DNA of 64,000 bases from an uncultured Actinomycetota bacterium (GTDB lineage: Bacteria > Actinomycetota > Actinomycetes > Mycobacteriales > Nakamurellaceae). Positions within the stretch are counted from its first letter, which is position 1; each line of letters starts with the position of its first letter. Shown here piece by piece: positions 22,327 to 31,757 of the stretch. The notes beneath the pieces are model-generated. The model was given only the letters and a program-made list of their open reading frames with translations. It made no database searches and was not told the DNA's origin. The stretch covers positions 315,863 to 379,862 of the forward strand of contig CAWIAR010000005.1 of NCBI GenBank assembly GCA_963834185.1, read 5' to 3'. A program made the translations under genes and the position numbers.

Positions 22327-23360
22327 GCCAACAACTTCGCGATGACGTGATCCCAGGACAGCCCCAGGTCCTCGACCAGTTTCTTGCCGGCCGAGCCGTA
22401 TGCCATTGCCATCGCGTCCTCCTCGGCGAGTAGATCCATCGCTCGGGCCAAGGAGCCAGGGTCCGGGGCAGCGACGATGCCGTTGACCCCGCTCTCCACG
22501 AGGGCCAACACCCCGCCCGAATCCTGGCAGGTGATCACGGGCCGGCCGGACATCATCGCCTCCAACGTGACGTAGCCGTAGGAGTCCTCGTCGACCGGCA
22601 GGTAGGCGACCGCGCGGGCTCCGGCGAGCAGTTCGACCTTACGTTCGTCGGAGACGTATTCCGCATACAGATCCACTCGAGAGCGCAAGCCGTGTTCATC
22701 GAGCTTGCGCTCGAGAAGCTGCAGATCGGCAGGCACCTCGGGCGCCCCGGCGATCACCAGCCTGACCCCGGTTCTGGTCTTGGCCAGGGCGTCGATCAGC
22801 ATCGCCTGCCGCTTGGCCGAGGTGATCCGGCCGAGGGCAAGGATGTAGTCGCCGTGTGGCCCCGACCAGAACGACTCCGGTTGCCCATGCGGATGCAGCA
22901 GCACGGTGGCATCGAGACCGTTGTACCGACGTAGGCGATCTGAAATCACCGAGGAGATGCAGTAGATCGCTCGAGCGCCGCCCAGCGCCTGGTTGTCGGA
23001 CTGGCGGATGGCCTTGCGCAGTGCGCGCCCCTCGTCGTTCGCCGGGAGGTCTTGCAGTGCCGATCCCCACAGGTCATAGACCTGGCGGAACTGATGTAGC
23101 AGCCAGACCACCTTGTTCTCGTGCGGCACCAGAAAGGCCGGGAACTTCAGCGGAATGACCCGGTCAGCCTCAGGAATACGGAGGGAGGCGGCGGCGAACA
23201 TGGAGGCGGCCACGTCCAGCGGCGTCGACCAGCGGAGCGGGACCTTCACCAGTTCGACCTGATGATCCCGGCGACGGAGCTCCTCCACCAGGCTGTCCGC
23301 AAGGTGCTCGGCACCGCCCCGCACGAACGGCACCGAGGTGTTGATCACCGCAACCTTCAT
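22323..23360 (-). CDS. GT4 glycosyltransferase (candidate perosaminyltransferase)
   Basis: PFVRGGAE, KVVWLLHQFRQVYDLW, GRITSAKRQ, PVDEDSYGYVTLEAM. Confidence 0.9.
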   Translation of the reverse strand: MKVAVINTSVPFVRGGAEHLADSLVEELRRRDHQVELVKVPLRWSTPLDVAASMFAAASLRIPEADRVIPLKFPAFLVPHENKVVWLLHQFRQVYDLWGSALQDLPANDEGRALRKAIRQSDNQALGGARAIYCISSVISDRLRRYNGLDATVLLHPHGQPESFWSGPHGDYILALGRITSAKRQAMLIDALAKTRTGVRLVIAGAPEVPADLQLLERKLDEHGLRSRVDLYAEYVSDERKVELLAGARAVAYLPVDEDSYGYVTLEAMMSGRPVITCQDSGGVLALVESGVNGIVAAPDPGSLARAMDLLAEEDAMAMAYGSAGKKLVEDLGLSWDHVIAKLLA

Positions 23361-24392
23361 GACAGCAGTCTTTCGACGACGTGATCCCAGGAGATGTTCA
23401 GGGCTCCAGCACGCTCGGACTGCGCCGCGCCCATACGTGCGGCGAGCGAACGATTCTCGTACAGCTTGTCGTACGCAGCGGCCAAGCTCTCGGGTGTCGG
23501 CTCGGTCACGAAACCGTTGACACCATCCTTCACCAGTTCGAGACTACCGCCCGCGTCGGTAGTCGTGATCAACGGCTTCTGGGCGGCCACGGCCTCGAGA
23601 CCCACATACCCGTAGGAGTCCTCGTCCAGTGGGATGTACACGACTCCGAGCGCATCCGACATCAGGTCGTCCTTGGTGGCTTCGGAGATCACGGTGTTGA
23701 GGAATCGGACGCGCCGGGACAGCCCGAGGCGATCGATCTCGCTCGACGATGCGGTCCGCGTAGGAGTCGCTGGCACTCTTGCCGGCGATGATCAATTGTA
23801 CCGGCGTCCGGGTGTGGGCCAGGGCCTGCACGGCGAGCAGTTGACGTTTGTGTCCCACAACTCTGGAGACGTAGATCAGGCTGTCCCCGTACGAGCCGGT
23901 GGAGTACTTGATCGACTCGCCCAGAGGCGGATAGAGCACTTCGGCCCTGATGTCATTGAAGTAGGACAACCGGTCGGCAACGGTTTGCGAATTCGTGAAG
24001 ACGGTCTTGCACTCGGCCAGCCCGACCTCGTCCGAAGCGAACATCATGCGCCGGTATTCGCGTCCAGAACCGTTGTCCGGTACATCCGGGACCACGTCCC
24101 ACAGGTCGTAGGAATTCCGGAGGTGGTGGAGGAACCAGACCACCTTGCTGTGGTGCCGAACGAGATAACTCGGGGTGCGGATCGCGATCAGCCGATCACC
24201 GTGTCCGGTGAAATCCCACTGGCGCAATGCCACCAGTTGCGCAGCGAACTCGTCCGGATGCGTCCACACCGGGATCCGGTAGGTCTCCACCTCATGACCC
24301 CTGGACTGCAGGGCTTCCTCGAGCCAATCGACCATCAACGTCGCTCCGCCGAAGATGAACGGGCTCGTGCAGGTGGCGATGATGACTTTCAT
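23357..24392 (-). CDS. GT4 glycosyltransferase, paralogue of the preceding gene (apparent frameshift)
   Basis: PFIFGGA, KVVWFLHH.R..YDLW, SRVVGHKRQ, PLDEDSYGYVGLEA; ATGA overlaps at both ends. Confidence 0.88.
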
Positions 24393-25520
24393 GCCGCGCC
24401 CCCCCGAGTCTGCTGTACGTGCATCCGCAATCGCTCGCAGATGTAGTCGACGTCGTCGGCCCCGACACCGAGATGCGTGGGCAACGAGATCCCGGTCCTG
24501 GCAATCAGGTCGGCGACCGGATAATCGCCATCCGGCTCGAAGTACGGCGGCAGTTGGTGCATCGGATAGAAGACCGGCCGGGTCTCGATCCCGTCCGCCG
24601 CCATACCGGCAATGACCTCGTCGCGGGCCTGGGCGGTCGGCACGTCGACCCGCACCGTGTACAGCCAGTTGACCGACTCGCTCCACGCGGGCGGTGTGGG
24701 CGGATCGATGAATCTGACTGTTCTCGAGTGCCGCGTCGTAGCGTGCAGCCAATTCCTTGCGCAACGCCAGCTTGCGCGTGATGTCCTCGAGCTGAGCCAG
24801 GCCGAGCGCGGCCGCGATGTTCGTCATTCGATAGTTGAAGCCGACAACCGGGAACCAGTACCGGCGCTGCGGATCCATCCCCTGGCCACGCAGCAGCCGC
24901 AGCCGGGCGGCCAGCTCGGCGTCATCGGTGGTGACCGCGCCGCCTTCACCGGTGGTGATGATCTTGTTGCCGAAGAAGGAGAACGCGGCACAGCGGCCCA
25001 GGGCACCAGCGGACCGGTCGGCGGACCGCGCACCGTGGGCCTCGGCGGCGTCCTCGACCACGATGATGTCGTGCTCGGCCGCGATCTGGTTGATGGCAGC
25101 CATGTTCGACACGTTGCCGTACAGGTGCACAGGCATCACGGCCTTGGTGCGCGGGGTGATCTTGCGGGCGAAATCGTCCGCGTCGATGGTCATGCCGACA
25201 GGTTCGGAATCGGCGAAGACCGGTGTCGCACCGCAGTACCGCACAGCGTTGGCCGATGCGATGTACGTCAGCGTCGGGACGATGACCTCGTCACCGGGGC
25301 CGATGTCAAGGGCGGTCAGGGCCAGGTGCAACGCTGTCGTGCCATTGTTGGTCACCACCGCATGCTCGACCCCGCAGAAGTCTGCGAAGGCCCTTTCGAA
25401 GTCGTGCACGAATCGGCCCGCTGACGAGATCCAAGTGGTGTCGATGCACTCCTGCACGTACTTCGATTCGTTGCCGCTCAGTTCCGGCGCGGCGATCTGA
25501 ATGGTCCGCCTGTCGTTCAT
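24389..25520 (-). CDS. per: DegT/DnrJ/EryC1/StrS aminotransferase, GDP-perosamine synthase-like (apparent frameshift)
   Basis: WISSAGRFV, NGTTALHL, EDAAEAHG, FSFFGNKIITTGEGG, RYWF..VGFNYRMTNIAAALG, IETRPVFYPMH, GISLPT. Confidence 0.85.
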
Positions 25521-26140
25521 GCTCTCTTCCCTCGTGGCCGTGCCGGAATCCCCACCACCGTGGTTCGTTCCGGGATGTCGCTCACCACCGTTGCCCCGGC
25601 GCCGACCGTACTGCCGGCACCGACACGCAGGCCCGGAATGATCGAGACTCCTACCCCGATGAACGCCTCGGCGTCCACCGTCACTGTTCCCGCGAGATGG
25701 GTGCCCGGTGCGAGGTGCGCGAAATCGCCGATGGTGCAGTCATGGTCGATCGACGTCGAGGTATTGATGATGGCGCCGGTTCCGACTACCGAGTATGGCC
25801 CGACCACCGCCCCGTGCATGACGAACGCAGCAGGTCCGATCGTTGCGGTCGAAGAAACGAACGCCTGCGACGAGACGGCGGGCGGGGTGGCGAAGCCGAG
25901 AGTGGTGATCCGGTCGACCAACGCGCGGCGAACCGCGTTGTCGCCGACGGCGACGAACGCGACCGACACACCCTCCTTGTACAGGCGCGGCAGTTCCTCG
26001 TCGCCCCCGAGATAGTCGGCCTGCAGCGCGCCGGCCGGTGGACCGCCGACACAACCGCGTACCGCGATGCCCGCCGACTCGAGGACGTCCAGGCAGCTCC
26101 GGGCGTGACCTCCGGTGCCAAGGACGATGGCTCCGGTCAA
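25517..26140 (-). CDS. PerB/NeuD/PglD-type sugar N-acetyltransferase
   Basis: GTGGHA, VAVGDNAVR, hexapeptide repeats, IDHDC, VGIPAR; TTGA overlap at 26137-26140. Confidence 0.88.
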   Translation of the reverse strand: MTGAIVLGTGGHARSCLDVLESAGIAVRGCVGGPPAGALQADYLGGDEELPRLYKEGVSVAFVAVGDNAVRRALVDRITTLGFATPPAVSSQAFVSSTATIGPAAFVMHGAVVGPYSVVGTGAIINTSTSIDHDCTIGDFAHLAPGTHLAGTVTVDAEAFIGVGVSIIPGLRVGAGSTVGAGATVVSDIPERTTVVGIPARPRGKRA

Positions 26141-27102
26141 CGCGCGGCGCTTCCGTTTCCATCGACGATCGAGCGTTCCAGTGTTTCCAGCCGAGAATCG
26201 ATCCGATCGAGATGTTCGGTCAGTCCGTCCAAGCGTTTCCACGTCTCCTGCTCTACCGCCCACTGAAACTGGCGGCTGGCGACGACTTCCTCGGTGATGG
26301 CTTCCTGCTGCCTCGCCGAATCGGTCACCTGCTTCGCAGTCTCGACGGTCACCATCCTGGTGACCGCCGGGGCGGACAAAACCTCACGCAGTACCGAACG
26401 CAGCGTCCGCTTGCGGCCGGCAACCTGGCGGAGCATCGTGCGGGTCGGCAGCCCCATCACCCGCGCCGGATCCATCACGGCCGCCCGGGTCGGCGGTGGT
26501 ACGTAGGTCGGCGCGGTGGCGAGCGGCGGGAAGCGCAGGGCCGCAGCCGCCTCCGGTGATCCAAGTACGCTCTGGAGCATCTGTTGGCGGGTCAATGCGC
26601 CGGCCGCCAAAGCCTCCACATTTCCCCGAAGACCTTGCTCGTCCGGAGCACGGCCGAGGCAGACGAGATAGACACCCCGCACGTAGACGGCGTCGGGGCT
26701 CTCGGGCGATTCGGCGCCCGACCTCACCCCCTCCTCCGAGCGGACAAGGCCGGCGATGACGTCTTCCGGCGTCGTCCCGGCTCTGATCTCTGCTGCGAAC
26801 GCAGCCGCCGTCGATGCGTCGGGAACACGCCCGAGGACCGACAAGAACGCCCCGAATGTCCACGCGTCGGCCACGTCAGGGGGTCGCTGGAATCGGGGAA
26901 CCCGAGCGTCGGCGTCTTCCGGACCGTGTCCGCCCCCCGAGACCTCGGGCATCGACCGCGCGCGCACAAGCCGGCTGAAGGCCTCCGGGGTGAATCGTCC
27001 GGGGGCACGGACCGGAAGGGTGGGTGCCTGCGCCGCGCTGTCGGCCGACTCAGCCTCCGGCATCGCGGTTTCGACCACCGCATCCGTCGCGGTTGAGGGC
27101 AT
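26137..27102 (-). CDS. DUF4214-repeat protein with C-terminal coiled coil, no signal peptide
   Basis: Two repeats, FLSVLGRVPD..VIAGLVRSEE and YLVCLGRAPDEQG..MLQSVLGSPEA; tail LDGLTEHLDRIDSRLETLE. Confidence 0.72.
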   Translation of the reverse strand: MPSTATDAVVETAMPEAESADSAAQAPTLPVRAPGRFTPEAFSRLVRARSMPEVSGGGHGPEDADARVPRFQRPPDVADAWTFGAFLSVLGRVPDASTAAAFAAEIRAGTTPEDVIAGLVRSEEGVRSGAESPESPDAVYVRGVYLVCLGRAPDEQGLRGNVEALAAGALTRQQMLQSVLGSPEAAAALRFPPLATAPTYVPPPTRAAVMDPARVMGLPTRTMLRQVAGRKRTLRSVLREVLSAPAVTRMVTVETAKQVTDSARQQEAITEEVVASRQFQWAVEQETWKRLDGLTEHLDRIDSRLETLERSIVDGNGSAAR

Positions 27103-27208
27103 GCAAACGCTCCGTCGGTCTGTTGGCCCCGGTCCCTGGTCGGTCCGGCCGACGCCGAACATTACCATCCCGCACTGTTGCGGCCGGGCAGGACGGCGGC
27201 CGCCGAGA

Positions 27209-29149
27209 TCAGCATCCGGGCCCGCGACGCAGGGCGATGCCGGAGCTCGTCTGCTGGGTGTCGAAACGGCCGGTCGCCGCGATTTTCTGGGCGTTCTTCT
27301 GAAGATTGGCCATCTGGATCGGTCCGGTCGCCGAATTCACCCCGGCCTGGTACATCGAGTAGTACGAAAGCACGATGACATCCGCACCGTTCTTGAGTAA
27401 CCGGCACACGGCATCGGGAGCGGCAGCTTTTCCATAGTTCGCAATGGCTGACTTGACCTGGGAAGGCCAGTTGTCGCGGCTCAGGTCGTGGTTCTTGTCG
27501 ACGCCGACGTTGTACGACGTGCCACCGGTGAACGGGACGAGGGCGGTGGCCACGAAGTCGTTGCCGGCAGGCAGGATGAGCGCCACTTCCCCCGGCTGGA
27601 TCATCGTCTTGAGGTCGGGCAGGATCTGGGTTCGCACCAGGTCCATTTGTTTGTGCGCACCGGCCCGTGCGCGTATCTGTCGTGGGACGTCGACGGACAG
27701 ATCGAGGACCAGCAGCACCGCAAGCACCGGCGCCAACAGCCGAACCTGTTTGCGCAATCGCCATATCGCCGCGAGGCCGAGGCACGCGAGCGCCACCGCC
27801 ACGAACCTGGTGACGGTGAACGTGCGGTAGGTCGCTCGCATGTCCATGAATCCGGGCACATACTCGTACAGCCAGGACGTGGGGAGCCACAACCTGGTCT
27901 GGTCCAGCGGCACGTTCTGTCCCTGGATCAGGTCGTTGGCGAAGTCTGCGATCTTCAACGCAGGGCCGAACGAGAGCACCAGGGTCGCCAAGCCGACGAG
28001 GGCGAGCGCGATGAGTTCGCGCCCCCGGGGCGATGCGCGTCGCAGCACGCCCATTGCGATGGCGACAACGATGAGCGCAAGACACACGATGCCGAGATAG
28101 TTGCCGAACAAGTTGTCCGAGCTTCCCCACAGCCGCCCGATGGTGGTATTCCACGGCATGTTCCTGGCCCACCACGACAAGGGCGAAGGCAGCACAAGAG
28201 TCAGCGCATCGACCCCGTAGAAGCGGAATACCCCGATGCCGACCGCAGGGTGGGTGCTTCCACTGGGGACATACAACAGGTACGCCGCAACGCCGCTGAG
28301 CAGACTGGCCGCCCAGACGGCAGATCCCCAGATCTTCTGCTTCCGGCTCGGCCCTGGTGTCAGGATCCACGCGATGCCGAACACCAGGAGCGCAACCGCA
28401 CCGCCGATGAACGAGTAGCCGTCGGTGAAGATCAACAACCACGCGGTGGCCAGGGTGATCGCGCTGGCCACAACCGTTCGGCCGGCACCGAACAGGTCGA
28501 AGCTCTTCAGCGCCAGCCAGAGGCCGGCCGGCATCAGGATGTACCCGTGGAACGAGAAGGTATAGCCGTTCAGCAAAAGCACACTGGGTGAGGCCAGATA
28601 CAGGTACGACGCCAAGGCGCTCAACCAGACCGGCGCGGTCCACCGTCGGAGCAGCGCGTAGCCGCCGGCAAAGCCGGCGGCAATGCAGACCGCACTCATG
28701 AGCCGGTACGCGTCCCAGGCATCGATGCCGGGGAGGTAGGTCAGCCAGGCAGCGAAGTAGGTTTGCGGCAGGCCGGACAGGAGAGGCGACCCGATGGGCG
28801 CGCCGACCTGGTCACACCACGAGACGAACTGTTCGAAGCCACTGTTGGCGGTGCACTCGATATTCCCCGCGCCGAGAAGCCAGGCGAGCGGAGTCGGGGA
28901 AAGGCCTGGCCAAAAGCCCATCATGGCGAGCAACAGCACCACGGGCGGCGCCGTCCACACGGCCACCCACGCGCGGTGCTGCCAGGTCATTCGGCGTGGG
29001 CTGCCGTCCAGGACCGGCTGATCGCCGGGTGAATCAGCCGTGGGCTCGACGGTCGTTTCGATGCTCGCCGTTCGGTCTGCCTGCTCGTCCTCGGTCGAAA
29101 CGGTCCCCATGGGTGCGGTCGCCCTCATGTCGTCGCCGTCATCGGTCAC
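27209..29149 (-). CDS. Polytopic GT-C-like membrane protein
   Basis: 646 aa, more than 10 TM helices, GNYLG, LSFGP, YEYVPGFMDMRATYR, C-terminal soluble domain. Confidence 0.72.
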   Translation of the reverse strand: MTDDGDDMRATAPMGTVSTEDEQADRTASIETTVEPTADSPGDQPVLDGSPRRMTWQHRAWVAVWTAPPVVLLLAMMGFWPGLSPTPLAWLLGAGNIECTANSGFEQFVSWCDQVGAPIGSPLLSGLPQTYFAAWLTYLPGIDAWDAYRLMSAVCIAAGFAGGYALLRRWTAPVWLSALASYLYLASPSVLLLNGYTFSFHGYILMPAGLWLALKSFDLFGAGRTVVASAITLATAWLLIFTDGYSFIGGAVALLVFGIAWILTPGPSRKQKIWGSAVWAASLLSGVAAYLLYVPSGSTHPAVGIGVFRFYGVDALTLVLPSPLSWWARNMPWNTTIGRLWGSSDNLFGNYLGIVCLALIVVAIAMGVLRRASPRGRELIALALVGLATLVLSFGPALKIADFANDLIQGQNVPLDQTRLWLPTSWLYEYVPGFMDMRATYRTFTVTRFVAVALACLGLAAIWRLRKQVRLLAPVLAVLLVLDLSVDVPRQIRARAGAHKQMDLVRTQILPDLKTMIQPGEVALILPAGNDFVATALVPFTGGTSYNVGVDKNHDLSRDNWPSQVKSAIANYGKAAAPDAVCRLLKNGADVIVLSYYSMYQAGVNSATGPIQMANLQKNAQKIAATGRFDTQQTSSGIALRRGPGC

Positions 29150-29370
29150 GACCCACCTGCCCCGGGCTCATGAACCCACTCACTCCGTCGGCTCCTTACC
29201 AGCAGTTCGCTCTTGCGGCCAGGGGCGGACCCGCGGCTGCGGACGGCATCGAGGAACCACACCCGGTTTCCATGGACGAGGGCTGCCTGTTCAAGTCCGC
29301 TCAGCGGACTACTCGGGCCGTACGACTCGGCCACGTGGTGTGCGCGCTCAATGGGCTCTGCATAGGTCAC
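29146..29370 (-). CDS. Possible 74-aa hypothetical protein
   Basis: Open frame whose GTG overlaps the gmd stop (GTGA) and whose TGA overlaps the next GTG (GTGA). No recognisable motif. Confidence 0.35.
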   Translation of the reverse strand: MTYAEPIERAHHVAESYGPSSPLSGLEQAALVHGNRVWFLDAVRSRGSAPGRKSELLVRSRRSEWVHEPGAGGS

Positions 29371-30353
29371 CGCGTCGCAAGCGCGCGCTGCTCGGCCACG
29401 TCGTTGTCGACCATCATCTCGACCAGGTCGGAGAACGTGACGGTGGGCGTCCAGCCCAGCTTCTCCTTCGCCTTGGCCGGGTCGCCGATCAGCAGGTCGA
29501 CCTCGGCGGGCCGGAAGAACTGCGGGTCGACGTAGACGTGCGGCTCCCAGTCCTCGATCCCGACCCGGGCGAACGCGATGTCCAGGAGTTCGCGAATGGA
29601 GTGGGTCTCGCCGGTGGCGACCACGTAGTCGTCCGCCTCGTCGGCCTGCAGCATGCGCCACATGGCGTCGACGTAGTCGCCGGCGAAGCCCCAGTCCCGC
29701 TTGGCCTCCAGGTTGCCCAGCGACACCGACTCCTGCAGGCCGAGCGAGATCCGGGCGACCGCCTGGGTCACCTTGCGGGTGACGAACTCGGGGCCGCGCC
29801 GGGGCGACTCGTGGTTGAACAGGATCCCGGAGCTGGCGTGCAGCCCGTAGGACTCGCGGTAATTGATGGTCATGTAATGGCCGAACACCTTGGCCACCCC
29901 GTAGGGCGAGCGGGGCCAGAGCAGGGTCGTCTCGCGTTGCGGGACCTCCTGCACCTTGCCGAACATCTCCGAGGACGAGGCCTGGTAGAAGCGCACCTTC
30001 GAGATGTCGCCGGCGGCGTAGAGCCGAGTCGCCTCGAGGACGTTGAGGACACCCTGGCCGGTCACCTCGCTGGTCAGCGTGGCGTTCTCCCAGGAGTACG
30101 CGACGAACGAGATCGCGCCGAGGTTGTAGATCTCGTCCGGCTGCGCCACGTTGAACGCCCTGATCAGGCTCGACAGGTCGATGATGTCGCCGGTGAGCAG
30201 CTTGACGCCGGGTACCTCACGCTCGACCAGCGCCCGCTTCGGGTTGTTCTGGCCGCGGATCAGCCCGAACACCTCGTAGCCCTTGCCCAGCAGCAACTCG
30301 GACAGGTACAGGCCGTCCTGGCCGGTGATGCCGGTGATCAGCGCGCGGGGCAT
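29367..30353 (-). CDS. gmd: GDP-mannose 4,6-dehydratase
   Basis: [65 protein letters not shown]. Confidence 0.95.
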   Translation of the reverse strand: MPRALITGITGQDGLYLSELLLGKGYEVFGLIRGQNNPKRALVEREVPGVKLLTGDIIDLSSLIRAFNVAQPDEIYNLGAISFVAYSWENATLTSEVTGQGVLNVLEATRLYAAGDISKVRFYQASSSEMFGKVQEVPQRETTLLWPRSPYGVAKVFGHYMTINYRESYGLHASSGILFNHESPRRGPEFVTRKVTQAVARISLGLQESVSLGNLEAKRDWGFAGDYVDAMWRMLQADEADDYVVATGETHSIRELLDIAFARVGIEDWEPHVYVDPQFFRPAEVDLLIGDPAKAKEKLGWTPTVTFSDLVEMMVDNDVAEQRALATR

Positions 30354-30518
30354 GAGGCTCCTCATCAGGTGGGGTCGCAAGTCGGAGGCAATCCTAACGG
30401 GGCCGGTCAGCTCACCCGTTCAGCTCGCCGCGGCAGGTTCCGCCTTGTCCGCGTGGGAGCCGGTCGAACGAGCCGGACGTGCTTCCGATCGGTTGACCGG
30501 CTCGCCCGACCCGGCCCG

Positions 30519-30524
30519 TAGCAT
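30519..30524 (+). promoter_or_regulatory. -10 box TAGCAT 6 nt upstream of ATG (leaderless-type start)
   Basis: TAGCAT-gctggg-ATG(30531), no SD. Confidence 0.55.
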
Positions 30525-30530
30525 GCTGGG

Positions 30531-31757
30531 ATGCCGAAGCGGAGACTGAAGGTGTTCGTGGACGCCGAGGTCTTGGTGGTTCCGCATTTCAGCGGCATCG
30601 GCCACTACACCCTGGAACTCCTGAGGGCGCTCGACGCGCTCCTCGAGGGTCGGGACGATGTGGCCGTCGAACTCGGTGCCTTCGTCAAGCAGCGCCGCAA
30701 GCTTCGCGGATACGGTTTTCGGAACCTCAAGGTCCGGCTCTCGCCCATTCCGGTGCAAGTATCCCAACGTCTGAAGATGCGCAATCTGCAATTTCCACTC
30801 GACCTCGTCTTCGGCAAACGTGTGTATTTCTTTCCGAATTTCACCTCGTGGCCGACAGCCTTTTCGAATTCCGTTTCCGTGGTCTATGACCTGTCCTTCG
30901 AATTGTTCCCGCAGTTCGCCGAGCCGGCCAACCGCGCGTTCTTGAGCTCGCAGGTTCGCAAGACCGCCATGCGGTCCGCCGCGGTGGTCACCATCTCCGA
31001 GAACAGCCGGCGGGAGATCCTCGAGTTCTACGGCGTTCCCGTCGAACGAGTGCCGATCATCTATCCGGGTGTCGACCAGTCCCAGTTCTTCCGCTGGCCG
31101 CAACCTGCGGTCGAGGACGTCAAACGCCGGTACGGCATCCGCGGCAAGTACATCCTGTTCGTCGGCAACCTCGAACCGCGCAAGAACTTGAAGAATCTGC
31201 TGCTGGCCTATGAGAGCTTGGATCCCGCCACCCGGCAGGAGTACTCGCTGCTGCTGGTCGGCGCCCGCGGCTGGCTCGACGGCGAGATCATGGAGACCAT
31301 CGAACGGCTGCGCACCTCCGGCAACCTTGTTCAACAACCGGACGGCTACGTGACCGATGCGGATCGACCGGCCCTGTACAGCGGAGCCTCGCTGTTCGTC
31401 TATCCGAGCCTGTACGAGGGTTTCGGCATTCCGCCGGTCGAGGCGATGGCGTGTGGGGTACCGACGATCACCAGCGACAATTCCTCGTTGCCTGAGGCCG
31501 TGGGTGCGGCCGCGCTCACCGTGGATGCCAACTCCGTCGATGAACTGGCGACCGCGATGCGCACCGTGTTGGGCGATGAAGAGCTCCGAGACGAGATGGT
31601 GCGCAAGGGCTTTGCGCAGGCGGACAAATTCAGCTGGCACCGTGGCGCCCAGCAGTTGCTCGACATCTTCGTCGAGGTGGGTGCAGTGAGCGAGCGCCAG
31701 CGAGCGAACCATCGGTACAGCACGCAACGGCCGACGCGAAGCGAGGCCGATGCGTGA
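30531..31757 (+). CDS. GT4 glycosyltransferase (WbdB/WbpY-like)
   Basis: SGIGHYT, VGNLEPRKN, YPSLYEGFGIPPVEAMACG; the last 23 aa come from an inserted repeat. Confidence 0.92.
   Translation: MPKRRLKVFVDAEVLVVPHFSGIGHYTLELLRALDALLEGRDDVAVELGAFVKQRRKLRGYGFRNLKVRLSPIPVQVSQRLKMRNLQFPLDLVFGKRVYFFPNFTSWPTAFSNSVSVVYDLSFELFPQFAEPANRAFLSSQVRKTAMRSAAVVTISENSRREILEFYGVPVERVPIIYPGVDQSQFFRWPQPAVEDVKRRYGIRGKYILFVGNLEPRKNLKNLLLAYESLDPATRQEYSLLLVGARGWLDGEIMETIERLRTSGNLVQQPDGYVTDADRPALYSGASLFVYPSLYEGFGIPPVEAMACGVPTITSDNSSLPEAVGAAALTVDANSVDELATAMRTVLGDEELRDEMVRKGFAQADKFSWHRGAQQLLDIFVEVGAVSERQRANHRYSTQRPTRSEADA
31686..31757 (+). repeat. 72-bp MIRU-like coding repeat, copy 1
   Basis: GTGAGCGAGCGCCAGCGAGCGAACCATC...CCGACGCGAAGCGAGGC..GTGA; encodes VSERQRANHRYSTQRPTRSEADA*; matches 60769..60840. 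Confidence 0.85.

Noticed and set aside
23357-25520. Apparent 658-aa aminotransferase-GT4 fusion (ORF 23544..25520)
   Set aside because: Caused by a frameshift near 24700. The true Per C-terminus is in ORF 24389..24655 and the GT4 has its own ATGA-coupled start at 24392.
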